A stretch of 64,000 nt of DNA from Spirochaetaceae bacterium. GTDB lineage: Bacteria > Spirochaetota > Spirochaetia > Treponematales > Treponemataceae. The stretch covers positions 166,374 to 230,373 of the forward strand of contig JAFZVC010000025.1 in the NCBI GenBank assembly GCA_017618015.1. Reading direction: 5' to 3'. How positions within the stretch are numbered: the stretch's first letter is position 1; each line of letters begins with the position of its first letter. Shown here piece by piece: positions 18,888 to 27,981 of this stretch. Made by a program: the position numbers and the translations under genes. Below the pieces are notes generated by a model. The model saw only the letters and a list, made by a program, of their open reading frames with translations, did no database searches and was not told where the DNA came from.

Positions 18888-20705
18888 ATGGAAAAAATTG
18901 AGAAGAAACTTTCACAGCTTTTGACGGATGTATTTCCAAAAAACGATTATCAGATTGTAGCCGGAAAGATTGATGGCTGCACGATTTCATCGCTTGTTTA
19001 CGATTCCCGCGCCGTTAAGCCGGGTTCGCTTTATTTTGCGTGGCCGGGCGTTCATGTGCATGGCAACGCGTATATAGCAAAGGCGGTGGAGGCAGGGGCT
19101 GCCGCAGTCGTGTTCCAGGACGATTTGCCCGAAGATGTTCTGCGGGATTTGGATGCGCTTCGTTCTGGCGCGGGCTCTGACGCGAAACGTGATGTTCCGC
19201 TTATAAAAGTTGCCGATTCCCGGTTCGCGATGGCTCCTTTTGCCGCCGCTTTTTACGATAATCCTTCCAAAAAAATGGCTGTTATCGGCGTTACTGGAAC
19301 TGAGGGAAAAAGCACGACTGTCTTTTTGATTTGGCAGTTTTTGCGTCTTTGCGGAAAGAAAGCTGGCTTTTTTTCTACGGTTCAGTATTCGCTCGGTGGC
19401 GATGCGGTGAATAACCCGGAGCATCAGACGACGCCGGAAGCTACTGTGGTGCAGGAAAAGCTGTACCAGATGGCGGCAAACGGCTGCGAGTTCGCTGTTG
19501 TTGAGTCTTCGTCGCACGGGCTTTCTAAAAAGCTTAACAGGCTTGGTTCTGTCTGTTTTGACGTCGGTATTATGATGAACGTGACGAGCGAGCATCTGGA
19601 GTTCCATGGTACTTACGAGCAGTACAAGAGTGATAAGGCAAACCTTTTCCGCGCGTTGGACGAGTGCGACCATGTGAAGACGATTTTAGGAAAGAAGGTC
19701 GAAGTTCCGTCGTTCGGCATTGTGAAAGCAGCTGATCCGGCGGCGGGCTATTTTGCGGACTGCACGAAAAAAGCCGTATACGGCTTCGCGATGGAAACTG
19801 ATGTGGCTGATGGAGCTGGCTCTAGTTGTGCGCTGGCTGCTGATGGAAAGCTTGCGGGCGTTTTCATGGCAGACGGAATAAAATCAGACAGCGAAGGCGA
19901 GTTTTTCAATCTTCACGGAAATTGTGCAGATAGCGCGACTAAAACTGGTGTCACTTTTTACGTTGATAATTGTTATAATATAGACGACATCCGCATTGAT
20001 TTGCCGGGTACGTTCAATGTGTATAATGCTACGGCTGCCATGCTCGCCGTTTCCGGAATACTCGGCGTCCCTGTCGCGTCACTAAAGGATGCGGCGGCGA
20101 AGCTTCTTCCGGTAAAGGGGCGCATGACTGTCGTTGATTGCGGTCAGCCTTTCGAGGTTATCGTTGATTACGCGCACACGCCGTCAAGTTTTATGACGAT
20201 TTTCCCGCCGCTTCGGGAACGGCTTGAACGTGAAGCCGCCGAAAGAGTCGCGCGAGGTGGTTCCGCGGGTGCCGCCCAAACGTGTGTCGCGGAAACTGGT
20301 GTGTCCAGCAAAACTGGCGCGGTTTCCAAGCGCGGCAGGCTTATCGCGCTGTTCGGTTCCGGCGGCGAGCGTGACACTAAGAAGCGCCCAGAGCAGGGAC
20401 GGATTGCGTCGGAATACTGCGACATCGTTATTCTGGCGGACGAAGACCCGCGTGGCGAAGACCCGATGGCGCTGCTCGAAGATATTGCAGCAGGTTGTAA
20501 AAACAGCCGCCGGGACGAGAACCTTTTCCTGATTCCCGACCGTCCGACCGCCATCGCAAAAGCGTTTTCGCTCGCCGAACCAGGAGACATCGTGCTTCTT
20601 TTAGGAAAGGCGCACGAGAACTCGATAATCTACAAAGATTACGTCATGCCTTATGATGAAATTTCAGAAGCGGAAAAGCAGCTTAAGAAGCTTAATGCGC
20701 GCTAA
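18888..20705 (+). CDS. murE: UDP-N-acetylmuramoyl-tripeptide synthetase (MurE; diamino-acid specificity not decidable)
   Basis: Mur ligase P-loop GVTGTEGKST, DYAHTP and FGSGGERD motifs. At 605 aa it is longer than typical MurE because of inserted segments. Confidence 0.85.
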   Translation: MEKIEKKLSQLLTDVFPKNDYQIVAGKIDGCTISSLVYDSRAVKPGSLYFAWPGVHVHGNAYIAKAVEAGAAAVVFQDDLPEDVLRDLDALRSGAGSDAKRDVPLIKVADSRFAMAPFAAAFYDNPSKKMAVIGVTGTEGKSTTVFLIWQFLRLCGKKAGFFSTVQYSLGGDAVNNPEHQTTPEATVVQEKLYQMAANGCEFAVVESSSHGLSKKLNRLGSVCFDVGIMMNVTSEHLEFHGTYEQYKSDKANLFRALDECDHVKTILGKKVEVPSFGIVKAADPAAGYFADCTKKAVYGFAMETDVADGAGSSCALAADGKLAGVFMADGIKSDSEGEFFNLHGNCADSATKTGVTFYVDNCYNIDDIRIDLPGTFNVYNATAAMLAVSGILGVPVASLKDAAAKLLPVKGRMTVVDCGQPFEVIVDYAHTPSSFMTIFPPLRERLEREAAERVARGGSAGAAQTCVAETGVSSKTGAVSKRGRLIALFGSGGERDTKKRPEQGRIASEYCDIVILADEDPRGEDPMALLEDIAAGCKNSRRDENLFLIPDRPTAIAKAFSLAEPGDIVLLLGKAHENSIIYKDYVMPYDEISEAEKQLKKLNAR

Positions 20706-20738
20706 CCGCTGAACATACTAGCACAATAGGAGAAATGT

Positions 20739-21668
20739 ATGCTGGAGCTAAAAAATGTTTCTAAAAGCTACGGTTCCGATTTCTTCGCGGTCAAAGATTT
20801 GTCTTTTATCGCTGAAGAAGGTGCTGTAGTCGGTGTCATCGGGCCTAACGGCGCGGGAAAATCCACGACAATCAGAATGATAATGGACATCATCAAACCG
20901 GATTCCGGTACGATAACGCTTGACGGAAAACCATTCACGTCAGAGGACAAGGACAAAATCGGTTATCTTCCGGAAGAGCGCGGACTTTACAAGAAAGAGA
21001 AGGTTTCTGACGTTCTGCGCTATCTTGCCGCGCTCAAAGGCGTTTCAAAAGCCGACGCGGATGCCCGCATGGATAAGTGGCTTGCCAGGTTCGACCTTAG
21101 CGAATGGAAAAACAAAAAAATCGATTCGCTTTCTAAAGGTATGGCACAGAAAATCCAGTTTATTTCAACGGTCATGCACGATCCTAAGCTTATCTTCCTT
21201 GATGAGCCGTTTTCCGGCCTTGACCCTGTAAGCTCCGACGAGCTTCTTGCGGTTATAAAGGAGCTTAAGCAGGAAGGACGCATTATCCTGTTCTCTACAC
21301 ACGTAATGGAAGTTGCGGAGCGCATCTGCGACCATATTGTTATGCTTAACCACGGTCAGAAGATTCTTGACGGAAACCTTGTCCAGATTCGCAAGGAATA
21401 CGGAAACAACTCTGTTACAGTGGAATGCAAGGGCAATGCCGATTTCCTTAAGAGCCTTTCTGGTGTTAAAGGTGTGCAGGAAAGCGGTTCCGAGTATACG
21501 CTTACACTTGATAACGATGTTGATGGCATGGAGCTTTTCGCTACAGTTGCTACAAAAGCAAAGGAAAACTGCTGTACGGTTAGCCGCTACATGATCAATG
21601 AGCCTAGCCTTCATGCTATTTTTGTAAGCATTGCGGGAAAAGAGGGGGATCAAGACGATGAAATCTAA
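20739..21668 (+). CDS. ABC transporter ATP-binding protein (ABC-2 / NatA-like)
   Basis: Walker A GPNGAGKST, signature LSKGMAQK and Walker B LIFLDEP. Confidence 0.85.
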   Translation: MLELKNVSKSYGSDFFAVKDLSFIAEEGAVVGVIGPNGAGKSTTIRMIMDIIKPDSGTITLDGKPFTSEDKDKIGYLPEERGLYKKEKVSDVLRYLAALKGVSKADADARMDKWLARFDLSEWKNKKIDSLSKGMAQKIQFISTVMHDPKLIFLDEPFSGLDPVSSDELLAVIKELKQEGRIILFSTHVMEVAERICDHIVMLNHGQKILDGNLVQIRKEYGNNSVTVECKGNADFLKSLSGVKGVQESGSEYTLTLDNDVDGMELFATVATKAKENCCTVSRYMINEPSLHAIFVSIAGKEGDQDDEI

Positions 21669-22893
21669 ATTGGGTATAGTATTGGCATACGAGTTCAAAA
21701 AAATCGTATGCAAGAAATCTTTTATTATCGTTACGATACTTGGACCGTTCCTTATGGCGGCTATGGTTCTTATTCCGTCTCTTTCAAGCCTGAACAGTGT
21801 TGACCGCTCGGGAGAGACAATTTCTATAGGTATCCTTTCTGACGGAAACGCTATTACGTATGCAGTAAGGGATACGCTTGTGGCTTCCGGTTGGAATATC
21901 GTTGAGAAAAATGATGAGGAAAGCCTTAAAGCGGATGTTTACGGTAAAACGATAGAAGGTTACCTTGCTCCTGACGGAAATGGGGCTTTTGGTTATTATT
22001 CGACCGAAACAGGAGATCTTTACGTTCATTCTGCGCTCCAAAGTATCGTTTCGAACGTGATTATTTCTAACCGCCTTGCACAGCAGGGATTTGATCCGCA
22101 GACGGTTTTTGGCTTGATGTCACAGACGGAGCTTCCTTCGTATAAGCTTTCTGAAAAGGAAGGTACAACAGAGGAGACGGATTCCGAGGGCGACTATATG
22201 ATGAGGCTGCTTGTTCCGTTGTTCTTCGCGCTCTGTATTTACATGGCGATTCTGCTGTACGGTCAGTCTATCGGCCGCTCAGTAGTTTCCGAAAAATCAT
22301 CCAAAATCGTTGACGTTCTGCTTTCTTCCGTAAAACCGGATGATCTTCTTATGGGTAAGATTTTCGGTGTCGCGCTTTCAGGCGTACTTCAGTTCTCAAT
22401 CTGGATTCTTTTCGCGCTTGTCGGCGTAAGCGTTGTCAGTTCGGTTACAGGCTTTAAGATTCCTGTTCAGCTTGCACCAGCAAGCTTCATCTATCTTGGT
22501 GTTTTCTTCCTTCTTGGATTCTTGCTTTATGGTGCATGTTACGGTGCTGTTGGTGCGGCTTCTGAAGATGAGCAGCACATGGCGCAGCTTTCATATCCGT
22601 TCTTATTGTGCCTTATCGTTCCGATCTGCTTTATTTCAAGCATTTCATCGAACCCGAACTCCACGCTTGCTTTGTTCTTGTCGGAATTCCCGTTCACATC
22701 GCCAATGGTTATGCTTACAAGGGTTGTTGGCGGGGAAGTTCCATTGTGGCAGCTCATTTTAAGTATTGTGCTTCTTGTTTGTTCGATATATCTTGTAATG
22801 AAGCTTTCTGCGAAAATATTCAGAGTTGGAATTTTGCTTACTGGTAAGAATTTCAAATTCAAGGATATGAAACGCTGGCTTACGGAAAAATAA
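21658..22893 (+). CDS. ABC-2 family transporter permease (NatB-like)
   Basis: It has an N-terminal TM helix, a large extracytoplasmic loop and a C-terminal cluster of TM helices. ATG 21658 overlaps the upstream ATPase stop. Confidence 0.7.
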   Translation: MKSKLGIVLAYEFKKIVCKKSFIIVTILGPFLMAAMVLIPSLSSLNSVDRSGETISIGILSDGNAITYAVRDTLVASGWNIVEKNDEESLKADVYGKTIEGYLAPDGNGAFGYYSTETGDLYVHSALQSIVSNVIISNRLAQQGFDPQTVFGLMSQTELPSYKLSEKEGTTEETDSEGDYMMRLLVPLFFALCIYMAILLYGQSIGRSVVSEKSSKIVDVLLSSVKPDDLLMGKIFGVALSGVLQFSIWILFALVGVSVVSSVTGFKIPVQLAPASFIYLGVFFLLGFLLYGACYGAVGAASEDEQHMAQLSYPFLLCLIVPICFISSISSNPNSTLALFLSEFPFTSPMVMLTRVVGGEVPLWQLILSIVLLVCSIYLVMKLSAKIFRVGILLTGKNFKFKDMKRWLTEK

Positions 22894-22950
22894 TCAGGTA
22901 GTGCAGGAGCCGGACAAGTTCCGTGCTCCCGCATTTTCGTAGGGGTTTGT

Positions 22951-24066
22951 ATGAAAATTGCCGTCATTTATGGTGGAAAAACCGGAGAACATGAAGTGTC
23001 ACAGGTTTCCGCATCTTCTGTAGCGAGAAACCTTAATACCGATAAGCACAAAGTCAGTCTTGTAAGTATTACGAAGGCGGGGGAATGGTTTCTTCAGCCG
23101 GAGTCAGAGCTTAAGCGTATAAAGGATGATGAAAAAGCTGTCCTTTCCGATGCTCCGACGGACGTGAAAATTGCGGTTATTCCTGGCGGTGGTGTTAAAT
23201 CTGGTCTTTGCACTGTGGAAAACGGCGTCATCAAACCGCTTGAGACAGATATTGTATTCCCTGTTCTTCATGGAACTTACGGCGAAGACGGACTTCCGCA
23301 GGGGCTTTTCGAGATGGCGGAGCTTCCGTACTGCGGCTGTGACGTTATGAGCAGCGCAGTTTCCATGGACAAGGAAAAAACAAAGCAGATATGGCAGATG
23401 GCAGGCCTTCCTGTCGTTCCGTACATAACTGTGCATCGTGCCGACAGGGATGATGAGGAAGCGTTTAACGCGATAATCAAAAAAAGCGAGCGCGATTTTG
23501 AGTGGCCTGTCTTCATTAAGCCGTGTAAGGCTGGAAGTTCCGTCGGTGCGGGCAAAGCTTCTTCTCGTGATGAGTTTGTTGCCGCTGTTGACGAGGCTCT
23601 TCTTTGGGATGACAAGATTCTTGTTGAGCCGTTTGTTGAGGCACGCGAGATTGAATGCTCCGTTACGGGCTTCCGCGACATAACGTCATATATCCCCGGC
23701 GAGATTATCCCGTCACATGAATTCTACGACTATGATGCAAAATACATTGACCCTGATGGAGCGGCGCTCCGCATTCCTGCCGACCTTGATGACGACAAGA
23801 TTCACGAAGTCCGCGACATTGCGATAAAAGCGTTCAAGGCTTTGGACGGCTGCGGATTCAGCAGAATCGACTTTTTCCTTGACAAAAAGACCGGCGCGTT
23901 TTTCCTTAACGAGATAAACACTATCCCCGGATTTACGAATATCAGTATGTTCCCAAAGCTTTGCGAGGCTTCAGGGCTTCCGTATGCGGACCTGCTCGAA
24001 AAACTGATGGTGCTGGGAATAGAGCGTTTCAACGCGATGCGGTCGCTTAAAACGAGCCGGAAATAG
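22951..24066 (+). CDS. ddl: D-alanine--D-alanine ligase
   Basis: MKIAVIYGGKTGEHEVS start, HG.YGEDG, ATP-grasp core and NEINTIPGFT. Confidence 0.9.
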   Translation: MKIAVIYGGKTGEHEVSQVSASSVARNLNTDKHKVSLVSITKAGEWFLQPESELKRIKDDEKAVLSDAPTDVKIAVIPGGGVKSGLCTVENGVIKPLETDIVFPVLHGTYGEDGLPQGLFEMAELPYCGCDVMSSAVSMDKEKTKQIWQMAGLPVVPYITVHRADRDDEEAFNAIIKKSERDFEWPVFIKPCKAGSSVGAGKASSRDEFVAAVDEALLWDDKILVEPFVEAREIECSVTGFRDITSYIPGEIIPSHEFYDYDAKYIDPDGAALRIPADLDDDKIHEVRDIAIKAFKALDGCGFSRIDFFLDKKTGAFFLNEINTIPGFTNISMFPKLCEASGLPYADLLEKLMVLGIERFNAMRSLKTSRK

Positions 24067-24079
24067 AAATAGAAGATAT

Positions 24080-25543
24080 ATGACACCACACGTTTATCCA
24101 AAAGGTTGTTTTTTCAAGAGCCTCGATGACATAAAAGACAAGAAAGTTACGATTATGGGGCTTGGCTTGAACGGCGGCGGCGAGGCGTGTGTCCGTTTCT
24201 TTTCCAAATACGGCGCATATATCACTGTCACCGACAAAAAAACAGAAGAAGAGCTTGCTCCCACACTCAATTCGCTCAGGCAAGATTCAGCCGTCGATTT
24301 CAGCCGAATCAAGCTTGTTTTAGGCAAACACGAGCTTTCCGACTTTCAGAACGCGGACTGCGTAATCAAAAACCCCGGCGTTAAGTTCGAGGGGAACGAA
24401 TATCTCGCCGCCGCCAAAGCCATAGAAAGCGACATCTCTCTTTTCCTAAGCTTTACAAAGGCCCCGATAATCGCGGTGTCCGGCAGCAAAGGCAAGTCGT
24501 CTACCGTGAGCGCGATTCACTATGGGCTTTGTCAGGCGGGGTTCAAGGCTTTTCTTGGCGGCAACATAACAGTAAGTCCGCTTACGTTTTTAGAACAAAC
24601 TGATGAAACAACGCCTGTCGTTCTGGAGCTTTCCAGCTGGCAGCTCGCCGATTTGCGGGGCAGGGGAGTCCTTAAGCCGAAGATTTCCGTGCTTACGAAA
24701 ATCGTGCCGGACCACCAGAACTGGTACGGCGGCATGGAACCGTACGTGGCAGACAAAAAGCTTATTTACGCTGACCAGACCCCGGACTGCTTTACGCTTT
24801 GCAATGCGGATGACGGTTGGGGAAAAGTTTTCGCGGCGGAGACAAAGGCGAAAGTTGTGTGGTACGGGGAGAACGCTGATATGCCTGTGTGCGTTACTGA
24901 CGCGATTGTTCCCGGCGTTCACATGAAGCAGAACCTTACGAATGCGGCAATCGTGATGACGCTTATGGGCGTTGAGCCGGAAGCCGCCAAAAAGATCCTT
25001 GCGTCATACCCCGGAATTGAACACCGCCTCGAATACTTCTATTCGTGGAATTTTTCAGGTTCAGACGACCACGCAGCTTCCCCACACACGGAATTCCGTT
25101 TTTATAACGACACTACGGCAACCGTGCCCGATGCGGCGGCTGCGGCTCTTGAAGCATTTAACGAAAAGCCAGTTCTTTTTGCGGGCGGAAACGACAAAAA
25201 TCTTGATTTTACGCCTTTTGCCGCTGCGGCGCATAAAGCCGCTGCCATTTATCTTCTTGAAGGAAAGGGCACGGACCACATGATTCCGCTTCTTAACGAG
25301 CGCGGCATCAGTTTTTCAGGACCGTTCAGCTCTCTTAAAGCTCTTCTTACGGCTTTCAAAAACGATGTTTACGCCGGAAAAATCTCTGCGGGCAACTCTA
25401 CAAATGGCGATGCGGCTAAAAATCAGACTGTAAACGTTGTCTTTTCGCCTGGCGCGACATCTTTCGGTATGTTCGCGAACGAGTTCGACAGAGGCAGGCA
25501 GTTCAAGAATCTTGTTAAAGAACTTTTCGCGGGGAACTTATGA
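24080..25543 (+). CDS. murD: UDP-N-acetylmuramoylalanine--D-glutamate ligase
   Basis: N-terminal Rossmann motif VTIMGLGLNGGG and Mur ligase P-loop AVSGSKGKSST. It follows ddl. Confidence 0.85.
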   Translation: MTPHVYPKGCFFKSLDDIKDKKVTIMGLGLNGGGEACVRFFSKYGAYITVTDKKTEEELAPTLNSLRQDSAVDFSRIKLVLGKHELSDFQNADCVIKNPGVKFEGNEYLAAAKAIESDISLFLSFTKAPIIAVSGSKGKSSTVSAIHYGLCQAGFKAFLGGNITVSPLTFLEQTDETTPVVLELSSWQLADLRGRGVLKPKISVLTKIVPDHQNWYGGMEPYVADKKLIYADQTPDCFTLCNADDGWGKVFAAETKAKVVWYGENADMPVCVTDAIVPGVHMKQNLTNAAIVMTLMGVEPEAAKKILASYPGIEHRLEYFYSWNFSGSDDHAASPHTEFRFYNDTTATVPDAAAAALEAFNEKPVLFAGGNDKNLDFTPFAAAAHKAAAIYLLEGKGTDHMIPLLNERGISFSGPFSSLKALLTAFKNDVYAGKISAGNSTNGDAAKNQTVNVVFSPGATSFGMFANEFDRGRQFKNLVKELFAGNL

Positions 25544-26433
25544 AACATCTAATTTCTGCAATGCTTTTTCTATCAATGGTTTTTACAGTTCTTCCAGCAG
25601 AAGAGCCAACTATCGCGCAAACTGATGAAAATTCTTCATCCGCGCCGTCCGCCGGCTTCGATTTGAACCGTCTTACTTTCAACGGAAGCGGCGAGTTTTT
25701 TAAGCTCGATCTGCTCACTGATTCAGTTATTGTTGGCACTGGCGTTACGTTTTTAGGCACAGAAATCCTTATCAATAAATTTGCGCACCTTAAAAACAAA
25801 GTGTGGGATGGCTCGTCTTTCGACAAAAACGATGTGCCGTCTTTTGACCGGGCTTTTATGCAGCCGTTTTCAAGCGGACTCAACACAGCGGGCGACATTT
25901 TTCAGTTCGTGGCTTTGTTAAGCCCTGCCGCTCTTATTGCAGCCCCCATGGAGGAATGGCTCACTATTGGCGTTATGTATGCAGAAACTGTCCTTGCCAC
26001 ATACAGCTTGAAAGAGTTCACGAAAGCCCTTGTAAACAGGACGCGCCCGTACATGTACTATGACGAAAAACCGCTCGATTTAATAGCGAAAGGCGACTGG
26101 AACGAGTCTTTCCCGTCAGGACATTCTGCACTGGCGTTTTCCGGGGCAACTTTTGCTTCGTATGTGTTCTCAAAGTATTTCAGCGATTCGCCTTGGAAAT
26201 ACGTAGTTACAGCTGCATCTTACTCTGTTGCTGCGGCAACGGCTATTTTCCGCGTCGCTGGCGGCAAGCATTTTTTGACCGATGTTCTGGCTGGTGCGGC
26301 GATTGGAACGGCTGTGGGATTTGTAGTGCCATGGCTTCATACGCTTAAAGCTGGAAATACAGGAAATGCGGGTAACAGAGGCGTTGAACCGCAAGTTTAT
26401 TTGGGCGGAATCGGACTTAAAATCAGTTTTTAA
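25540..26433 (+). CDS. PAP2-superfamily phosphatase (possible lipid/undecaprenyl-PP phosphatase)
   Basis: Tripartite acid-phosphatase motif: KALVNRTRP, PSGHS, and R…GKHFLTD in place of the usual SRxxxxxHxxxD. It has an ATGA overlap with the murD stop. Confidence 0.8.
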   Translation: MKHLISAMLFLSMVFTVLPAEEPTIAQTDENSSSAPSAGFDLNRLTFNGSGEFFKLDLLTDSVIVGTGVTFLGTEILINKFAHLKNKVWDGSSFDKNDVPSFDRAFMQPFSSGLNTAGDIFQFVALLSPAALIAAPMEEWLTIGVMYAETVLATYSLKEFTKALVNRTRPYMYYDEKPLDLIAKGDWNESFPSGHSALAFSGATFASYVFSKYFSDSPWKYVVTAASYSVAAATAIFRVAGGKHFLTDVLAGAAIGTAVGFVVPWLHTLKAGNTGNAGNRGVEPQVYLGGIGLKISF

Positions 26434-26447
26434 TCACTCTGTTTCAC

Positions 26448-26483
26448 AAAAAAAAATCCGGTATTCTTTTGGAACACCGGATT
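26448..26483 (-). terminator. intrinsic terminator after small gene 26505-26795
   Basis: 8-bp stem AATCCGGT/ACCGGATT followed by T9 on the minus strand. It could also serve the convergent PAP2 gene. Confidence 0.65.
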
Positions 26484-26504
26484 AGCTGATAATCAGCACT
26501 AAAC

Positions 26505-26795
26505 TCACGCCGCCTTCGGCTTGTACTGGAATGTTTCGGGAATCTTATCAAGAATACGAAGATGTCTGCATGTTGCCGCATCAATCGCAATTTCATGTAT
26601 AAGCTCTGGAACAGAACTATCTATGTAGATTCCCTCTATTCCTTGATAATTGCACAAATCCAACGCTGAGAAAAACCCCCGGATATCATTACGTCTTATC
26701 TCACTTGCTCCGCTTGTAATAATGATGATTGATTTGGAGCCAGTCAAAGAATCAAACAGCAATGTAATCGGTGTTAGTACACTCAAAGGTGACAT
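26505..26795 (-). CDS. hypothetical small protein
   Basis: GGAGGG RBS 7 nt upstream of the ATG, and a terminator follows the stop. No family recognised. Confidence 0.45.
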   Translation of the reverse strand: MSPLSVLTPITLLFDSLTGSKSIIIITSGASEIRRNDIRGFFSALDLCNYQGIEGIYIDSSVPELIHEIAIDAATCRHLRILDKIPETFQYKPKAA

Positions 26796-27020
26796 TTTTT
26801 TCCCTCCACTTAAACAAAATAGAAAACCAATTTTGTTGAGCCGGACTTTTTTCTCCGTTCGCTACAACATATTATATAACATTTTTTTCAGAAAAAAATG
26901 TTACTGCGAATTTTTGTTCTAAAAATTTAGATTTTGTTAAGATTTCGTTAAGAAAACGCGGAATTTGAACAAACAGTGTATGAAAAATGCCATTAAATAA
27001 TATGATTTTTCTCGTTAGTT

Positions 27021-27098
27021 CGTAGCCAACATTCCCTGCATTGCCACTATTGAAGCCCTTGTGGCTGAACTTGTGGCAGATGCAGGGTGTTGGCTACG
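27021..27098. other. 78-nt extended imperfect hairpin downstream of the recQ-hydrolase genes
   Basis: CGTAGCCAACA(tt)CCCTGCAT ... ATGCAGGGTGTTGGCTACG with inner pairing TGCCAC...GTGGCA. No T-tract on either strand. Confidence 0.5.
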
Positions 27099-27147
27099 TA
27101 CTTTTAATAAAGTATTTTAGTTACTGCCATTATGAAAACTGCTTGTT

Positions 27148-27981
27148 CTATTCCCCGTTGACAGGCGCGTACCACTTTCCAGTAGCGCACGCATGTGTCA
27201 AAAAATGAACGGTTTCTTCGGTAAGCTCTTCTGTTAAGTCTGTGTCGATGTTGTGACCGCAGTTCGAGTACATGACGAGCTTGCAGTGTGGCAGGCAGCG
27301 CGCCGTCCGCATCATAAGAGCAGGGGTGCTTATCGGGTCTTCCGCCCCGCCGAGAATTAGCGTTGGTGTCTTTATTGAGGAAAGTGCGTCGCACAGTTTT
27401 TCTTCGCTCCCAAGCTTCATAAGCGGTCTGCCGTAGTCTATCTGTTTTTCGCGCGGATCGGCTTCTGGTAAGTTTTTAAGCCATTCTTCCCGTTCTGTGC
27501 GACGCTTTTGCCGTGCAGAATCGTTTTCTATGGGCGGGTCAAATGGCGGCGGGGCGGAGATAATGCCTTGCAGCAACATTTGGCGGTAAGACATCGCGCC
27601 TTCCGCAAGACTGTGCGGGCCGGGCACAACGGCTACGAACGCATGCACCCGTTCTGGGTGACGAAGCAGCAGATGCCAGCCGATTCCGGCTCCGTGAGAG
27701 GCTCCCATATAGCAGAACTTGTCTATTTTAAGCTTGTCGGCAAGACGGATTACGTCATCGGCAAAAACATCGTACCAAGTGTCGCCGTAGTCTTCCGTAA
27801 CGTATGAGGAAGGCGCGAATCCCCGGAGTGTAAGGCAGTATACATGGTATCCTTTTTTCGCAAGGCTTTGCTGCATTCCTTTCGGATAAAACCCGACTTG
27901 TGCGGAAAGAATCACTTTATCGCCTGCCCCGTATTCTTCGTAGTAGAGTTTTATTTTTTCATCCACTTGAATGTAACTCAT
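27148..27981 (-). CDS. alpha/beta-fold hydrolase
   Basis: Nucleophile elbow YMGASHGAG (GxSxG) and a late His (NCGHN). It is the typical length for the fold. Confidence 0.7.
   Translation of the reverse strand: MSYIQVDEKIKLYYEEYGAGDKVILSAQVGFYPKGMQQSLAKKGYHVYCLTLRGFAPSSYVTEDYGDTWYDVFADDVIRLADKLKIDKFCYMGASHGAGIGWHLLLRHPERVHAFVAVVPGPHSLAEGAMSYRQMLLQGIISAPPPFDPPIENDSARQKRRTEREEWLKNLPEADPREKQIDYGRPLMKLGSEEKLCDALSSIKTPTLILGGAEDPISTPALMMRTARCLPHCKLVMYSNCGHNIDTDLTEELTEETVHFLTHACATGKWYAPVNGE

Noticed and set aside
22894-22950. Terminator between the ABC-2 permease and ddl (GGAGC...GCTCC hairpin), and a similar weak hairpin at 29765-29800.
   Set aside because: The stems are only 5-7 bp with large loops and no convincing T-tract on the relevant strand. 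That is insufficient to call them.
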